Below, one piece after another: positions 25,967-40,944 of a stretch of 64,000 nucleotides of DNA. Within the stretch, counting starts at the first letter, position 1. Every line of letters starts with the position of its first letter. The stretch is taken from NCBI RefSeq assembly GCF_009914755.1, contig NC_060926.1. One strand, 5' to 3'. Below the pieces are notes generated by a model that had not been told where the DNA came from, made no database searches, and was given only the letters and a program-made list of their open reading frames with translations. Origin of the DNA: the human T2T-CHM13v2.0 reference genome, Homo sapiens. The position numbers and the translations under genes were made by a program.

Positions 25967-25995
25967 ATGGTCCTGAGTGGGGCGCTGTGCTTCCG
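25967..25995 (+). CDS. IL36RN: IL-36 receptor antagonist, coding exon 1 (MVLSGALCFR; exon starts 25940)
   Basis: caagATGGTCCTGAGTGGGGCGCTGTGCTTCCG|gtgagt; known IL-36Ra N-terminus. Confidence 0.97.
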
Positions 25996-27369
25996 GTGAG
26001 TGTATGAGGCCCTGGTTTGGTGGTGTCCTCCGGAGGAAGTGAGTTCTGGATAGACCCGTTGTCCAGCTCTGAGCAGGAGGGAGGAAGGGAGGGGCTGCCA
26101 TTGCAGCTGGGAAATTGTGACCAGCACCTCATTGCTCTTAGAGTTTTCCCAGCCTTTTTCAAATAGGGGCAGGACTGGGGCAGGCCATCTCACAAGGGGT
26201 CCCTGATGCTGAGGGGGACAAGTGAACCTCCCAGTCTAGAGCTCCAGCCAAGTCTATCCAAGGTGGGAACGGGGGCCAGGATCCCTGCTCAGAGCTCCGC
26301 CATTGTCCCCCATCACAGTGAATGGATGTAAGCTCACCCACTCTGTGCCCCTACCTCCCTGCTACTCTTTGGGGATAATAATAAAACAAAAACCATTACC
26401 ATCAGTCAGTCTGTCCACCCACTGGCATGTACCAAGCCAGACACTCTGCCGTGTTCTGGGCTTAACAACAGAGGATGAGAGTGGTCCTTTCTCTCAGTCT
26501 AATAAAGCACTTCCCACGATGTGTTCTATGGGACTCGATTAGAGGAGTCCCACAGAGGCATCCAGGAGATGCTTTACACAGTGGAGCTCTCTGATCAAGT
26601 AAATGCAGGGAATTCTGCTTTCTACATCCTCTCATAAGAGAACCACAGCCCAGCTCAGCATATGAGTGACTGAGGTTTTCTGAAGTAAGGCAACTTGTTG
26701 AATCGTATTTAGCTATGCATCGACCCAATTTTTACACTGCATCCTTTTCCCCCATATAACTTTTGGAGAAACCCACTTTAGGATACATCTTCCACCTCAT
26801 AGGATGCCAGGAAATCAACTGAGTTCAAAGATGAGAAACAACTTTGAAAAGTTAAATAAAAGAAATTTAAATTTAAAGAAACTCCTCACTTAGTAAGGAA
26901 TATATGACCAAATAGAAATACATGTATCTTGAAGAATTGAAGAATCAGGCTTTAACGTGGAAGAGGCCTGGATGTTATCCAACCCATCATCTTAGTGTAG
27001 CAATGGGGAGGCTCAGGCCCAGAGTGGGCGAGAGAGTTGTCTCCTGCGACTCAGCAGCATTGGAGGCATAGATGGGGCAAGAACCTAGGGCTCTGACTCA
27101 CCGTGCAGCTTCTCTTCCAACAGGAGATGGGTTGGGGCAGAAAAGGTTGAATAGGGTGAAGGAGCAAACCACAGACTCCAGTGGGAGACTGTGGGGTCAT
27201 CCTCCTTGTAGGGCATGAGCCCAGCAGGGCTGGGAGACAAGGCTGTGCTGTTACTTCTGGCACAGTAGGAAGAAAGAGAGACAAAATGCCTGAGATCAGG
27301 GGGTTCTCTGGATCCAGGGCATGCTGGAGTGTCCACCCTCCTCCTAATGTAGTCCTCACCCCTTCCTGA

Positions 27370-27468
<99 letters not shown>

Positions 27469-28039
27469 TGATGAAACATGACCCACTTTCCTTGGTCTCT
27501 ATACACTCTCAGGGGAGGGGGCCTGAAGAGGGCTTAGAATAGTCATACAGATTAGCATAGGCCTACAGAGCCCAGGCATTAGGGCAGCACAAACCAGGCT
27601 CTAAGCAAAGGCAAATAAAATACTACACCTCTCAGCAAAGTGAAGACACACGCTCTGGGGCCACCTGAAGCTTCTGTGCAGAAGTGAGAATGTTTTCCAA
27701 GAGGCTTGTCTTGTCATTCCCTTACAGGTAGATTTAGGTCAAGCATTGCATTCCCTGGGAGCCAGTAAGTACCAAGGAGAGAACTAACGTAGATTCTCTA
27801 TACCTTTTTTCCCATATGGGAGTGGGTTTCTGCCTCTCCACCCTGGGTCCCCTCTGCTCTCTGAAGATCCTCAGTCACTTAGAGTGGAGGGACCCAGAGA
27901 ACAGGTGGCATTGTTGGACCTCCTGCTTGCTCACTCTGCCCCATGCACTGCAACAGGTCCCTCTCTAAAATAGTTTGCACCTGCCCACCTGGGGCACCCT
28001 TGCTGAGCACAGATGCCAGGTAGATCCTTCAGCTAGGCC

Positions 28040-28230
28040 ATATGTGTATGTGTGTGCTTACTGGTGTATGTATGTGTGCATGCAGGCATATATGTGTGAG
28101 CATATGTGTGCATGCATGTATCTGTATGTAACCATGTATGTGTGAGTGCAGGTATGTAGGTATGAGCATGTGTGTGTATATGTATATGTGTGCATGCATG
28201 TATCTGTGCATGTATGTATCTGATGTATGT
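28040..28230. repeat. Degenerate (TG/TATG)n repeat in IL36RN intron
   Basis: Alternating purine-pyrimidine tatgtgtgca repeats. Confidence 0.9.
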
Positions 28231-28434
28231 GGGTGGTGAGGGGATGTACAGAGAGGAATGAGACCCTCTTTTGCTCTCAGCAACCTCACAGGGTGTAGAA
28301 AGTTGTCCAAACAATTCCAAAGGGGGGCTTATTAAGACAGGGTTCAGAAAAAGGCCTGAGACCCAAGGGGCATTAAAGGAGGGGGTTGAGTCTATTTTGG
28401 GTTGTAGAGGCTTGAAGATTTGACCCTGAACTAG

Positions 28435-28872
<438 letters not shown>

Positions 28873-28959
28873 TAGCAGGATTCTGTTGATGGCAGCTTTG
28901 CCTCCTCCCTAAGGATCCTGCCCAGCCCTCCCTCTGCCCCTGCTTCTGCCCTCACCTGA

Positions 28960-29205
<246 letters not shown>

Positions 29206-30414
29206 GGCAACGTGCCCCCCAGAACTCCCTGGGCAGAGCCAGCTCGGGTGAGGGGTGAGTGGAGGAGACCCATGGCGGACAATCACTCTCTCTGCTCTCA
29301 GGACCCCCACGTCTGACTTAGTGGGCACCTGACCACTTTGTCTTCTGGTTCCCAGTTTGGATAAATTCTGAGATTTGGAGCTCAGTCCACGGTCCTCCCC
29401 CACTGGATGGTGCTACTGCTGTGGAACCTTGTAAAAACCATGTGGGGTAAACTGGGAATAACATGAAAAGATTTCTGTGGGGGTGGGGTGGGGGAGTGGT
29501 GGGAATCATTCCTGCTTAATGGTAACTGACAAGTGTTACCCTGAGCCCCGCAGGCCAACCCATCCCCAGTTGAGCCTTATAGGGTCAGTAGCTCTCCACA
29601 TGAAGTCCTGTCACTCACCACTGTGCAGGAGAGGGAGGTGGTCATAGAGTCAGGGATCTATGGCCCTTGGCCCAGCCCCACCCCCTTCCCTTTAATCCTG
29701 CCACTGTCATATGCTACCTTTCCTATCTCTTCCCTCATCATCTTGTTGTGGGCATGAGGAGGTGGTGATGTCAGAAGAAATGGCTCGAGCTCAGAAGATA
29801 AAAGATAAGTAGGGTATGCTGATCCTCTTTTAAAAACCCAAGATACAATCAAAATCCCAGATGCTGGTCTCTATTCCCATGAAAAAGTGCTCATGACATA
29901 TTGAGAAGACCTACTTACAAAGTGGCATATATTGCAATTTATTTTAATTAAAAGATACCTATTTATATATTTCTTTATAGAAAAAAGTCTGGAAGAGTTT
30001 ACTTCAATTGTAGCAATGTCAGGGTGGTGGCAGTATAGGTGATTTTTCTTTTAATTCTGTTAATTTATCTGTATTTCCTAATTTTTCTACAATGAAGATG
30101 AATTCCTTGTATAAAAATAAGAAAAGAAATTAATCTTGAGGTAAGCAGAGCAGACATCATCTCTGATTGTCCTCAGCCTCCACTTCCCCAGAGTAAATTC
30201 AAATTGAATCGAGCTCTGCTGCTCTGGTTGGTTGTAGTAGTGATCAGGAAACAGATCTCAGCAAAGCCACTGAGGAGGAGGCTGTGCTGAGTTTGTGTGG
30301 CTGGAATCTCTGGGTAAGGAACTTAAAGAACAAAAATCATCTGGTAATTCTTTCCTAGAAGGATCACAGCCCCTGGGATTCCAAGGCATTGGATCCAGTC
30401 TCTAAGAAGGCTGC

Positions 30415-30861
30415 TGTACTGGTTGAATTGTGTCCCCCTCAAATTCACATCCTTCTTGGAATCTCAGTCTGTGAGTTTATTTGGAGATAAGGTCTCTGCA
30501 GATGTAGTTAGTTAAGACAAGGTCATGCTGGATGAAGGTAGACCTAAATTCAATATGACTGGTTTCCTTGTATGAAAAGGAGAGGACACAGAGACAGAGG
30601 AGACGCGGGGAAGACTATGTAAAGATGAAGGCAGAGATCGGAGTTTTGCAGCCACAAGCTAAGAAACACCAAGGATTGTGGCAACCATCAGAAGCTTGGA
30701 AGAGGCAAAGAAGAATTCTTCCCTAGAGGCTTTAGAGGGATAACGGCTCTGCTGAAACCTTAATCTCAGACTTCCAGCCTCCTGAACGAAGAAAGAATAA
30801 ATTTCGGCTGTTTTAAGCCACCAAGGATAATTGGTTACAGCAGCTCTAGGAAACTAATACA
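30415..30861 (+). mobile_element. MLT1B/C-like MaLR LTR in IL36RN 3'UTR
   Basis: tgtactggttgaattgtgtccccc...ttatttggagataaggtct...cagcagctctaggaaactaataca. Confidence 0.85.
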
Positions 30862-30867
30862 GCTGCT

Positions 30868-31258
30868 AAAATGATCCCTGTCTCCTCGTGTTTACATTCT
30901 GTGTGTGTCCCCTCCCACAATGTACCAAAGTTGTCTTTGTGACCAATAGAATATGGCAGAAGTGATGGCATGCCACTTCCAAGATTAGGTTATAAAAGAC
31001 ACTGCAGCTTCTACTTGAGCCCTCTCTCTCTGCCACCCACCGCCCCCAATCTATCTTGGCTCACTCGCTCTGGGGGAAGCTAGCTGCCATGCTATGAGCA
31101 GGCCTATAAAGAGACTTACGTGGTAAAAAATGAAGTCTCCTGCCCACAGCCACATTAGTGAACCTAGAAGCAGAGACTCTGTGAGATAATCGATGTTTGT
31201 TGTTTTAAGTTGCTCAGTTTTGGTCTAACTTGTTATGCAGCAATAGATAAATAATATG
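30868..31258 (+). mobile_element. MLT1F-like MaLR LTR at IL36RN 3' end
   Basis: tgtgaccaatagaatatggcagaagtgatgg...ttgttatgcagcaatagataa. Confidence 0.8.
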
Positions 31259-32780
31259 CAGAGAAAGAGAAACAAATGCATTTGTTTTATTATTGCAATT
31301 TTCTCCAATATTTTTTATTTTCTTTCTCACAATGAACAACTATCCTTCATTTACCCAAATATTCTATTTAAAAGCTAATAATACAGCATTTGTTGAGTCA
31401 TCTGGTTCTGCAAGATTGAGATCCTCTTGTCCTATGTGCCAGGAATGAACTCCAGTGTCCCCACCCAAACCCTGGGGAATGGGAGCAGAAGCCAGAGGAG
31501 GAGCCCATATCTGAGCCCCAGGTATTCCACCTGCACTTCACCTGTTGGACCAGCTTGGTGGTTGAGAGTCCACTGAGGCACTGGCAAGGAGGTGGCCAGG
31601 ACAGACAAGGCTGCCTCTATGGACCTCACAGCTCCAGCCCAGATTCAGCTGAAGTCCTCAGGCAACAGGCAGCACAGCTCCTACCCCAGGCCTCTCAGGG
31701 CTGCCAAGAACATGAGCTCCGGATGCTAGGCTGTGTTTCAGACCCTGTTCACACTCTCTTTGTCCATGGGCCCAGACACAGTCTTGTGCTGCTCCCTCTG
31801 CTTTTGGGTCCTCCATCCATCCTCTCTGCCTAGATAAATCTCTCATCTTTCAATACCCTGCTAAGATGTCACCTCCTCCAAGAAGCTTTTACTGAGTTGA
31901 GACACCCCCAGCTATCTGATCTGGCAATGTTTGTATGCACCTCCCTGCACTGTAGTACCTTAACTTGGAGTCTGTGGCCCCTGGGATGACCTTAAGGTTA
32001 GGGACATATAAGTTTGTCTCTTAGCACCTTGCATAATGCTTGGCACATAATGGAAACCCAATGAGTATATAATGTAGAAACTATTTCTCCACCCTGGAAT
32101 ATTCTCTCCTTCTCCTCCACCCATCTAAACAGGCCCACCTCTAAGGGAGCAGCTTAAATTCCACCTCATTCTTGAAGGTTTCTCCAGCCTGAATTTGTTG
32201 CTTCCTCATTTGTAGGATGACAGAACTCAGAAGAGCTTTAGCCATGATGAGCCGACACAAGTCAGTAGTAAAAGAAGGAATATAAAATGCCTCCTTCAGG
32301 AATGTACAGGCTGGACATCATGACTCTACAAGTGAAAAAGAGTTAGTGGCTTTAGATTTCTGCAATTTTGGTATAAATCACTGGCCTGGACCTGTATTTA
32401 CAGAGATGCAATACTCACATCATGTGGGGTTTGTACAAATTGCAGACATCGAGGAACAGAGAATGTTCCAAGGGCAGGCTGTAGGGAAGAGGCTACGATG
32501 TGGGAGGTATTATCCTGAAAAAAGCAATGCACAGGGAGCCCTCTTCAAGCACTTAAAGGCTTGCCAAGTAGAAGAACGTGCTTGTTCTGTGTAATTCCAG
32601 AACACACAAGCAGAACCAATGGGTGCAAATTATGTGGAGGCTGTTTTTCCTATATGACCCCCATATTTTAACCACAAGGACCACAAACATTGATAGGGTT
32701 TCTTCAAGAGGTTGTGTGGTCCCTGACCCTGGAGATGTTAAGGCAGAGCCTAATTAACCAATTTCTCAGGGATGCCATAG

Positions 32781-33103
<323 letters not shown>

Positions 33104-33616
33104 CTAAAGTCCTTTCAATTCTAAGATTTTTTTTTTGCCCAAGGAGCTTATCTGCCACTATTGTTTCCAACATGTCCTTGGCCCACAGCTTAGAGAGTCT
33201 GGTCTTCTTAATTATCTTTTCAAGTGTTTATGACTTAGTTCCTCAGCTAGACTGTGAAACTACTTAACAACAAGGACTGTGTATTGAATGTCTGTGTCAC
33301 ACAGCAGTGTAAATGCTGGGTAAACACTCATTGGTTGCCTGACATAGTAACTCATGCTTTAAGCCTTCCCATAGAAGGGTGAGAGATTGGGAGAGTGGAA
33401 GAAGAATGATCACTGGCCTTAGAAAGCAGAAATCTGGTCCCATTTCTGCCCATCTTTTCTCATTTCTCATCCTGCAGGCATCTGAGTCTTAGACCCACCT
33501 ATCCCACTTCCTCAAGAAGCCCTTGGTGGAACTTTGCAAATGACCAAAGAGGGAGAATTATAATAAGGTTGTTAGTTTCCAGAGAACATTACACCTAAGC
33601 TTCTCCACGCTTGTAA

Positions 33617-33803
33617 TGGAGGGATGGATGGATGGATGGATGGATGGATGGATGGATGGATGGATGAAAGGGTGGACAGAAGGGTGGATGGATGGGCAAA
33701 TGGGTGGATGGATGGTTGGATGGATGATGGATGGATGGAAGAATGGACAGATGGGTAGATAGATGGACAGATGGGTGGCCGGGTGGATGGTTGGATGGAT
33801 GGA
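33617..33803. repeat. (GGAT)n tetranucleotide repeat with degenerate extension
   Basis: ~11 perfect ggat units then imperfect units. Confidence 0.96.
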
Positions 33804-34466
33804 CTGAGTCAAGTAATGTCAATTAGAGACCTGAGTGTTCTTTCCTCTGTGCTCTACTCACACTATCATATTTCCTAGCAGTCCATGGCACATGATGTCT
33901 GCTCAGTCTCAGGGTGAATCTGAGGTCAATATCTTTGCAGTTGGGTTTCCCTAGATGTTCTGTCCCATCAAGCTGGTACCAACTAATTAAACCCACTGAA
34001 AAGCAGAGACTCCCTTCTCGTCTTTCCAAACAGAGCCACACTCACAGTGCTATCAGCCCCTTCTCTTATTCTGGCTGTCTGGCCACAGCCTGGATTCCGG
34101 CATCAGAATTTGTTCTGTCCTTGGGCTTGCCAGACATACTTTCTCTTGTATTCACCACCTCTTCAAGCCTAGGATGGAGCCCCACGGGGCACCAAAGATG
34201 TCTGACCCCAGCACTGTTTATCTGGCTGCAAACCCACTAATAACATAGTCAACGACAGTCAGTACAGAGCAGGGGCCCCATACCTTATTTCTGCCAAGGC
34301 TTTATGGATGACTCTCTCCCCCTTCAACAAATGCTCATTAATGTTCCCACCATCTTATTATTCATGCTGTACCAAAGACATTGTGAAATGCCCAGGCTCT
34401 TCTTCCTTCATGTCCTGCAGCCAATTATAGAGATTGGTGCAGGCCTGACCCACCTGTACCAGACGG

Positions 34467-34501
34467 TATAAACACAGCGCAATGCCCTGGAGAAATCAGT
34501 T
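34467..34501 (+). promoter_or_regulatory. IL1F10: IL1F10 core promoter (TATA + Inr)
   Basis: TATAAA at 34467-34472 and Inr-like TCAGTT at 34496-34501, ~30 nt apart. Confidence 0.75.
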
Positions 34502-34544
34502 GGAGTCTCCAGGGATCAGGGTTCCAGGAACTCAGGATCTGCAG
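34498..34544 (+). other. IL1F10: IL1F10 non-coding exon 1
   Basis: agttggagtctccagggatcagg...gatctgcag|GTCAGT donor; matches recalled mRNA leader. Confidence 0.75.
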
Positions 34545-37204
34545 GTCAGTGATGGACAGGCAATATTCTCTCTCTCTTTTCTTTCTTTTCTACTCTCTCC
34601 TGTCAATATCTCTGGTATGCCCTCTATCCCTTCACTCCTCCTGGCAAGCTGTCTAGGTAACAAGGTAGTCCCCTCATATGACATGATGGGACATCAAAAA
34701 CATTTAGGAGCACATAAAGAGATTTGAGGAGAAGGAATAGGTTAAGCCAAATCAAGATTTCTGAACTACTTAGAACAACTGACTTTAGAAAGTAATCTCA
34801 AAAGAAACCATCTGGGCCAATGGTATTCAAACCGTGTTTGGTGGAAGCTTAAGAGATTTTTTGTTTTCGTTTTTTTTTTTTTGTGCTCCTTGGTAGCTCC
34901 TCAGTGTCTTCTTTGCAGGCAAGAGAAATACTAGCAGGGTTCCAAAGTCTCCATTGCTTCCTGTGTCAGCAAAGCAGCTGCCCTTTATCCTTTTTACAAT
35001 CATTAGAATTCTGCATAAAATTTTATTGTGAAACTTAAAACAGTTTTGAAAGATACCTTACTCAATCTTTCCATCCAATGTTGATAAGTTGAAGGCCCAG
35101 GGATAAAAGGTGGCAAAATAAATTGGTAGCAGAGCTAGGTCTAGGACTCAGCCTTTCTATTCAAAGTCTGCTCTGTGTGTTTCTATGTCCTGGCCACAAG
35201 GACCAGGGTAGTTCAATTAGGGTGGTTGGAGAGAGCTTCAAGTGAGCTGTAAGCCATGCTTCATGACTTCAAGATCTTATAAACTTTTATAAGGGAAACA
35301 AATATCTTTATGTACAACAATAAATAATACAGTAAAATTTAATAGGAGTTCAGAGTAGAGTTACAATAGTAAGGGAAAGATTCATTAAACTCTGAGTCAT
35401 GGAATTATAAATAGTTTGGCCTAGGAAGAACCTTCATAACCACATAATCTAATCCCATGAATGTATAGTGCTGAAACTGAGGGTTGGAGGTTAAAAGACA
35501 TAACCCTGTATGTCTAAGCTGTAACTCTACACTGGTAATTAATTTGATAGAACTAGATACTGAACCCATCTATACTGATACTATCTCCAGTGATCTTAAT
35601 ATCAAAAGATCTGAATGGATGACAATGAGAAGGGATGACTTTTGAGGCAGGGAGAACAATGGGACACCTGTGAGTACGTCCACTGAGAAGATAAGAAAGG
35701 AATTATGTTGCCAGGAGGTGTGGTTTAGTGTCCATGGAGAAGTGAGACACTATCACACAAGAAAATCAGTGCCAGATGGTGGCAAAACAGTCAGTCACTG
35801 TAGATTCTAGAGCTGGGCAGGGATGTGGTGAAAAAATCTTTAGAACGTGGGTCCACATTCCTCACATAGGTTGGAATGAATGAAAGGCAGAAAAACCGGG
35901 AATACAAGTACAGTAGTAATGGCAATTAAAAACACAAAGTTATATTTTAAAGAAATAACCTGTAGGGACTTGATAAGTTAGACACTGAGTCAGGAGAAGT
36001 AGGAGATATTGTCAATGAGTCTCAGGTTTTGAATATCACTGGTGAGAGGAATATTATGACAGTGAGAGAAATGAAATTGGGAGGAATGTGTGGGCTGGGA
36101 GGAGAAGATAATTAACTTAACCTTAAATATATTTGGTTGGATATCAGCAGGATGTCCAAAGTGGGCTGTCCTGTAGGCTGCAGGAGGTAAAGTGGGATGT
36201 GCAGTCTACATTTGGGAGCCATTAGCCCAAGATAATCATTGCAGCTGTAGAAGTCAATGAATTGCAGCTTAATATGATGTGAAATAGAAGTGCTTAGGAC
36301 CTTGTTAGCCTTAGGGGTGGCCCCAGAAGGAGGTGAAATCTACAATGGGAGAAAGAGGTGTGAAGGGAGTCATTCAATGTCAAGGGTTCCAAGGAGGCAA
36401 TGACTAAATATCAAAGGAATCAAAAGAATCTCTGGATCTTGCTCCACAGAAGTTAATATTGGTCTTGGACAGAACATCCCACATAGATACTGTGCAGGAG
36501 AATGATGAAGGATAGGACAGGGTGCTGTGCAAAAGAACATGGGGAAAGCCCAAGTTTAGCTGATGGCAGTGTTTGAGCCAGGACAGGTGAATTGCGGAGG
36601 TCTGAGAGCCAGATGCCATGTCCAGGGAGAAATGAGAGGAAGAAAAGAGGGATATAGACTGAAGTTCAGTGAAAAGTCATTTGAGGAAAATAGGGAGGGG
36701 AAGCTTTGGGGGTGAGGCATGTGGCACACTGGGAGGGGCTTGGCACACAGCAGAGGTTCAGCACCAAGACCCAGGCTCTCTGATGGACCAGACGCTAGCT
36801 TCCTACCCTTACTCACTTCATCACAATCTATCAGAACCCAGGCGGAGGGAGCCGAATAGGGGAGCCTTTGGGAAAGACACTGTACATTTTGGCTGTGCCA
36901 GAATGGGAGGTTTCTAGGGCCCATGGGATCCAGCTGGACTGGACCAGCATTGAATTTCTTCCAGCTCTTTGAGCTGACACTGACCCAGAGTGGGAGTCAT
37001 CAGCTTGCTATCCACCTTCACCCAGGGCCCTCCACTTTGTTGCCCCATCTAGATCTGGGCACAGCTACCACACTGCCCACTGTCCTGCTGCTACAACCAA
37101 AGAAGCCCCAGTGGTTTGGCCAAGGGGAGCCCATCATCAAGTGGGCTTGCATTGAGGCCATGATGCTGTTGAGTTATCTGTACTGGGGGATTGTCTAGTC
37201 CTTT

Positions 37205-37345
37205 AGGACTCAAAGTGCTGGCCAGGAGGAACCAGCAGCATTGACATCACCTGGTTGCATATTTGAAATGTACAGTCTCAGGCCCCACCCCAGGCCTGAA
37301 AAACCAGAATCTGTTATTTTAACAAGAACTGCAGGTGGTTTATAT
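37205..37345. mobile_element. MER5A-like DNA transposon relic
   Basis: ccagcagcattgacatcacctgg...ctcaggccccaccccagg...cagaatctg...ttttaacaag. Confidence 0.65.
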
Positions 37346-39264
37346 ATTTATTAATAAGTGTGAAGAATGGAATGAAAGTACACCAGTTCCCAAGCAGCCT
37401 GGCTGATTGCTGGAATCACTCCAAGTCCTACTGAATTAGAACCTTCGGCCCAGGAAATAGTAATTATACAGAGTCCCCCAGGTGATGCAGATGGGCAGGC
37501 ACATTTAGGAGCCAATGACTTTAACTAAACACTTCATTTAAAAAATGTTGAAACTTACTTGATACTACAAAGGAAATTCATGTTCATTATAGGAAAATGT
37601 TGATATGTTTAAAAAATTACTCATAAAGCCATAGGTAAGTGGTGCAACAACACGAGTAACATTTCTATGTATGTGTCTCTATGTGTGGATTTAAATAGAA
37701 TTACAGTGTACACTTGATTTATAATCTGCATTTTTCACCTAATATATTTTGAAAATTTTTATGTCCTAAAACAAGCTTCTATAATATCATCTTTAACAAA
37801 CACATACATCCTTATTTATTGAATTTTGCTATAATTTCTTAGCCAATTACCTATTACTGAAAATTCAGATTTTTTTCAACTTCTTGCTATTGTAAAAAAT
37901 TATGCAGTGAACATTTTTGTAAGTAAACATTTGGGCAATCCGTTATTTTTCCTAAGAGTAAGGGAAACACATGCAATCACAAAGTATACAGAATGCTTTA
38001 AGACTTTCATTCACAGCACCAACATCCCTCCAGAATTTGCACTTGTTAGTCCCTATTATCCTTCACTCTAAGTCTCAAAGTCATACCCCAAGGCCTGGGG
38101 ACAGAAAATGACTTGTCCAAAGTGACAGTGACAGACCCAGTACTAAAAGCCACCTTGGCTACAGCCCTGTTTCTGGAACTTGAGTGCTGAGGTGGTTGGA
38201 AGCCGTATCCTCAGCACCCACCTGTTCCTTCTCACCTGCCTCCCCAGGGTCCCTCAGCATCTCTCTATTCCTCCCTGAGCCCTATTACTTTCTTCCACCT
38301 GCCTTCTTCCTTTCTCTTCTCTCATTTTCTGCTTTCTTATATTTTTTCTTCTCTATTCCCTTCTTATTTGGTGAGAATCAGATCTACTCGGTAAACCTCA
38401 GCCCTAGTCATACTTGCGTTACTTTCCTGAGCTAATTTCCAACTCCTGATTAGCTCTGGGTTTATTTCCATGCTAAATTCTGGACTGGCCTTTCCAATGG
38501 GTGTTCATTTTAGGGAAGAGCTCTAGGACAGGATAACCCATCGGGAAGGAGCAGAGTCATGTGAGGCTGTGTGGCCTGGCATTTATACAGGGCCACTATC
38601 TTCACTGTGCCATTTTCCATCTGGAACAGAATGGGGGAGTTTGGATGGGCTGTTTTCAGCAGTCTTGGCCAAGCACTTCTAGTCACTAGGAATGATGTTT
38701 TCCAACTCTCTGGGGAGACCCCACCAGCCTCACTGCTGCTGGAGACCCCTTCTAGTTGTGCTCTCTTCTTTCACTCTGGGCTCTAGTTATCTAACCCTTG
38801 GCTAGTTATGGGGGCGGTGGTGTGGTGCCCTGTTGGCCAACAGGGCAGTGGGACTGGGTTTGAGCTGGGCTTATCCTCCAACTGTGAGGGAGGCTACAGC
38901 ACACTCCACCCCACTCTCAGGGCTGGGAATTGTTGTGGCTCAGCTATTTGGGGGAATCTGTTTTCCAGTTTCTCAGAACCAGCGCAAGCACACACATCCC
39001 AGGCTCACACCCCTGGTGGCTGGACTTGCTCCCGGATAGCCTCAGTCAGGGAGAGGCAGAGCTGCCTGGAGCCTGCTGGGCTGGTGGAAGCCTTGGTGGA
39101 TTCTGGCAGGCCAATTATAGATGAATGGCCTGGGGAACCCGTGCAGCCCGTGGCTGAGTGGTTCTAAGCCCCAGCACGTCTGCCTCTGGCTTCACCCAGC
39201 CTCCTTTTCTAACTGCCCTTCTCTCCTCCCCATCAGTGAGGACCAGACACCACTGATTGCAGGA

Positions 39265-39296
39265 ATGTGTTCCCTCCCCATGGCAAGATACTACAT
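39265..39296 (+). CDS. IL1F10: IL-38 coding exon 1 (MCSLPMARYYI; exon starts 39237)
   Basis: catcag|tgagg...ggaATGTGTTCCCTCCCCATGGCAAGATACTACAT|gtaagt. Confidence 0.97.
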
Positions 39297-40858
39297 GTAA
39301 GTTGTCCTGGCATGTCCCTGCTTTCCAAGCCAGGGGGTCAGGGTGGGAAGAGGAAAGGAATGCTGAGTCAGAGGATGAGGCTCCTTCTCACCTTAGAAAT
39401 TGCAAGTGCCCCATAATTAAGCTTCATCATCACCACAGTAGCAACAGCTCTTTCCTGAACGTCTGCAAGATGCCAGCCAATCTACTGCCTCATCTCTGTT
39501 CCAAAAAGTCTATAAGTGGAGTGTTATTAACCCCATTTTACAGATCTGGAAGCTGAGGCTCAAAGAGGGTAAATAACTTCCCCCATGTCACACAGCTACC
39601 AAAAGGCAGAGCCAGGAATCAGACTTCATGTCCTCTATGCTGCTCCATCCGCCTCTCTGAAATGTCAGAAAGTTTTGAATCTCAATGACAGCATCTTGAT
39701 GGTGGTCCCTGTGGCCTTTACTCCCAGTGTGGGCTTCTAACACTTACTTACATTTCATCTCATTTGAGATTTGCATCCTTCCTTATCTTTTACTACTTTG
39801 TTGTCTGTGATTTTGTCATAAGCTCCTTTCAGGAAGGAGGTGAGGCATAAGAAAAATCAAAGAGGACTCTGGGATGCATTTCCTCTGCCCCTCCCATGGA
39901 CCCTGTAATGTCCAGGGCTGTGTCCTGGACAAGGTGGGTGGGGAGCAGTCCTGGTCTCAAGGAGGTGACAGCCTGGCTGGGAAGCAAGACACATACATAG
40001 GAAGCACATAAATGACAAAGCAGATGTCAGCACTTCAGGGCATCTAATCTGGGTTCTGGTCTCCAAATAGAATGCTGCTGGCATGTGAGTTGTCACATCT
40101 GGGTTGTCAAGGTGGCAAGGGGAATGCCAGTCAGCAAGCCCAGGATCTTTCCGGAAGTTTATTTTTATTGTACAAGTGAACCTGCTTTAAATATGTACAG
40201 TCATTAGCTAAGGGTATTATCGTTAGCTGTTATTGAGGTAGAAAAATCCCCTGGAGGTGGTGGAATTTGTCCAGAGGTTCTGCCCTAAAAGGTTAATGAG
40301 AGCTCTCCAGCCCTGACAGCAGCTGACAGGCATCTTTGAAACCAACTAGGTGACTGAGCTAATACCCTGCATGACTTTGAAGCCTTTAAAATATCTGAAA
40401 AGCAAATCACACTTCAGTATACACTCAATTAATCTCTGTACTAAAGAGAATAAACATTTATAAACAATTAGGGCAGGCCCAAAAAATTTAAGATAAGGTC
40501 CACTGTATCCCAAAGTCATCTGAGCCTCACTAAGAAATTTCTCAGGAAGCCAGGAACATTTTCTTTACCCCTCTGTCAGAGGGCATTGGCTCTCCGTTCT
40601 CCTCTGAAGGCCTCCCCAAGCCATGAGAAGGCAGGAAGCACAGCCTCTGAAAAGCAAGAACACAGGAGACCTTCCTTGCTTTAAGGCTGGCCTGGTCTTT
40701 ACCTGCTCTTGGGAGTGACCATTCCCCTCTTACCACCTGTGAAGGAGAGAAAATCGCCCAAATGCTCAAGGTGGTGATTCAGAGCATGGAAGTGGAAGGG
40801 CTTGGGGGCCAGTGGTGCATAAAGGGAATGGGCCATCAGCACTGTCATACTGTTTCAG

Positions 40859-40944
40859 AATTAAATATGCAGACCAGAAGGCTCTATACACAAGAGATGG
40901 CCAGCTGCTGGTGGGAGATCCTGTTGCAGACAACTGCTGTGCAG
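40859..40944 (+). CDS. IL1F10: IL-38 coding exon 2 (IKYADQKALYTRDGQLLVGDPVADNCCAE)
   Basis: tttcag|A...GCAG|gtgagc, 86 nt. Confidence 0.98.

Larger units (their letters stand above)
29206..31270 (+). other. IL36RN: IL36RN long 3'UTR (end approximate)
   Basis: Candidate signals ATTAAA 29947, AATAAA 30796, AATAGA/GATAAA 31242-31251 followed by T-rich sequence; length consistent with recalled ~2.7-kb mRNA. Confidence 0.6.

Noticed and set aside
33558-33822. HPSI-repeat ORFs (also His/Thr-rich ORFs at 28029-28509)
   Set aside because: Translations of (GGAT)n and (TG)-type microsatellites
40812-40858. Intronic in-frame extension ...ALSYCFR resembling IL-36Ra GALCFR
   Set aside because: CFR arises from the acceptor tgtttcag|a itself; the ORF starts at GTG and the equivalent IL36RN intron has a stop just upstream
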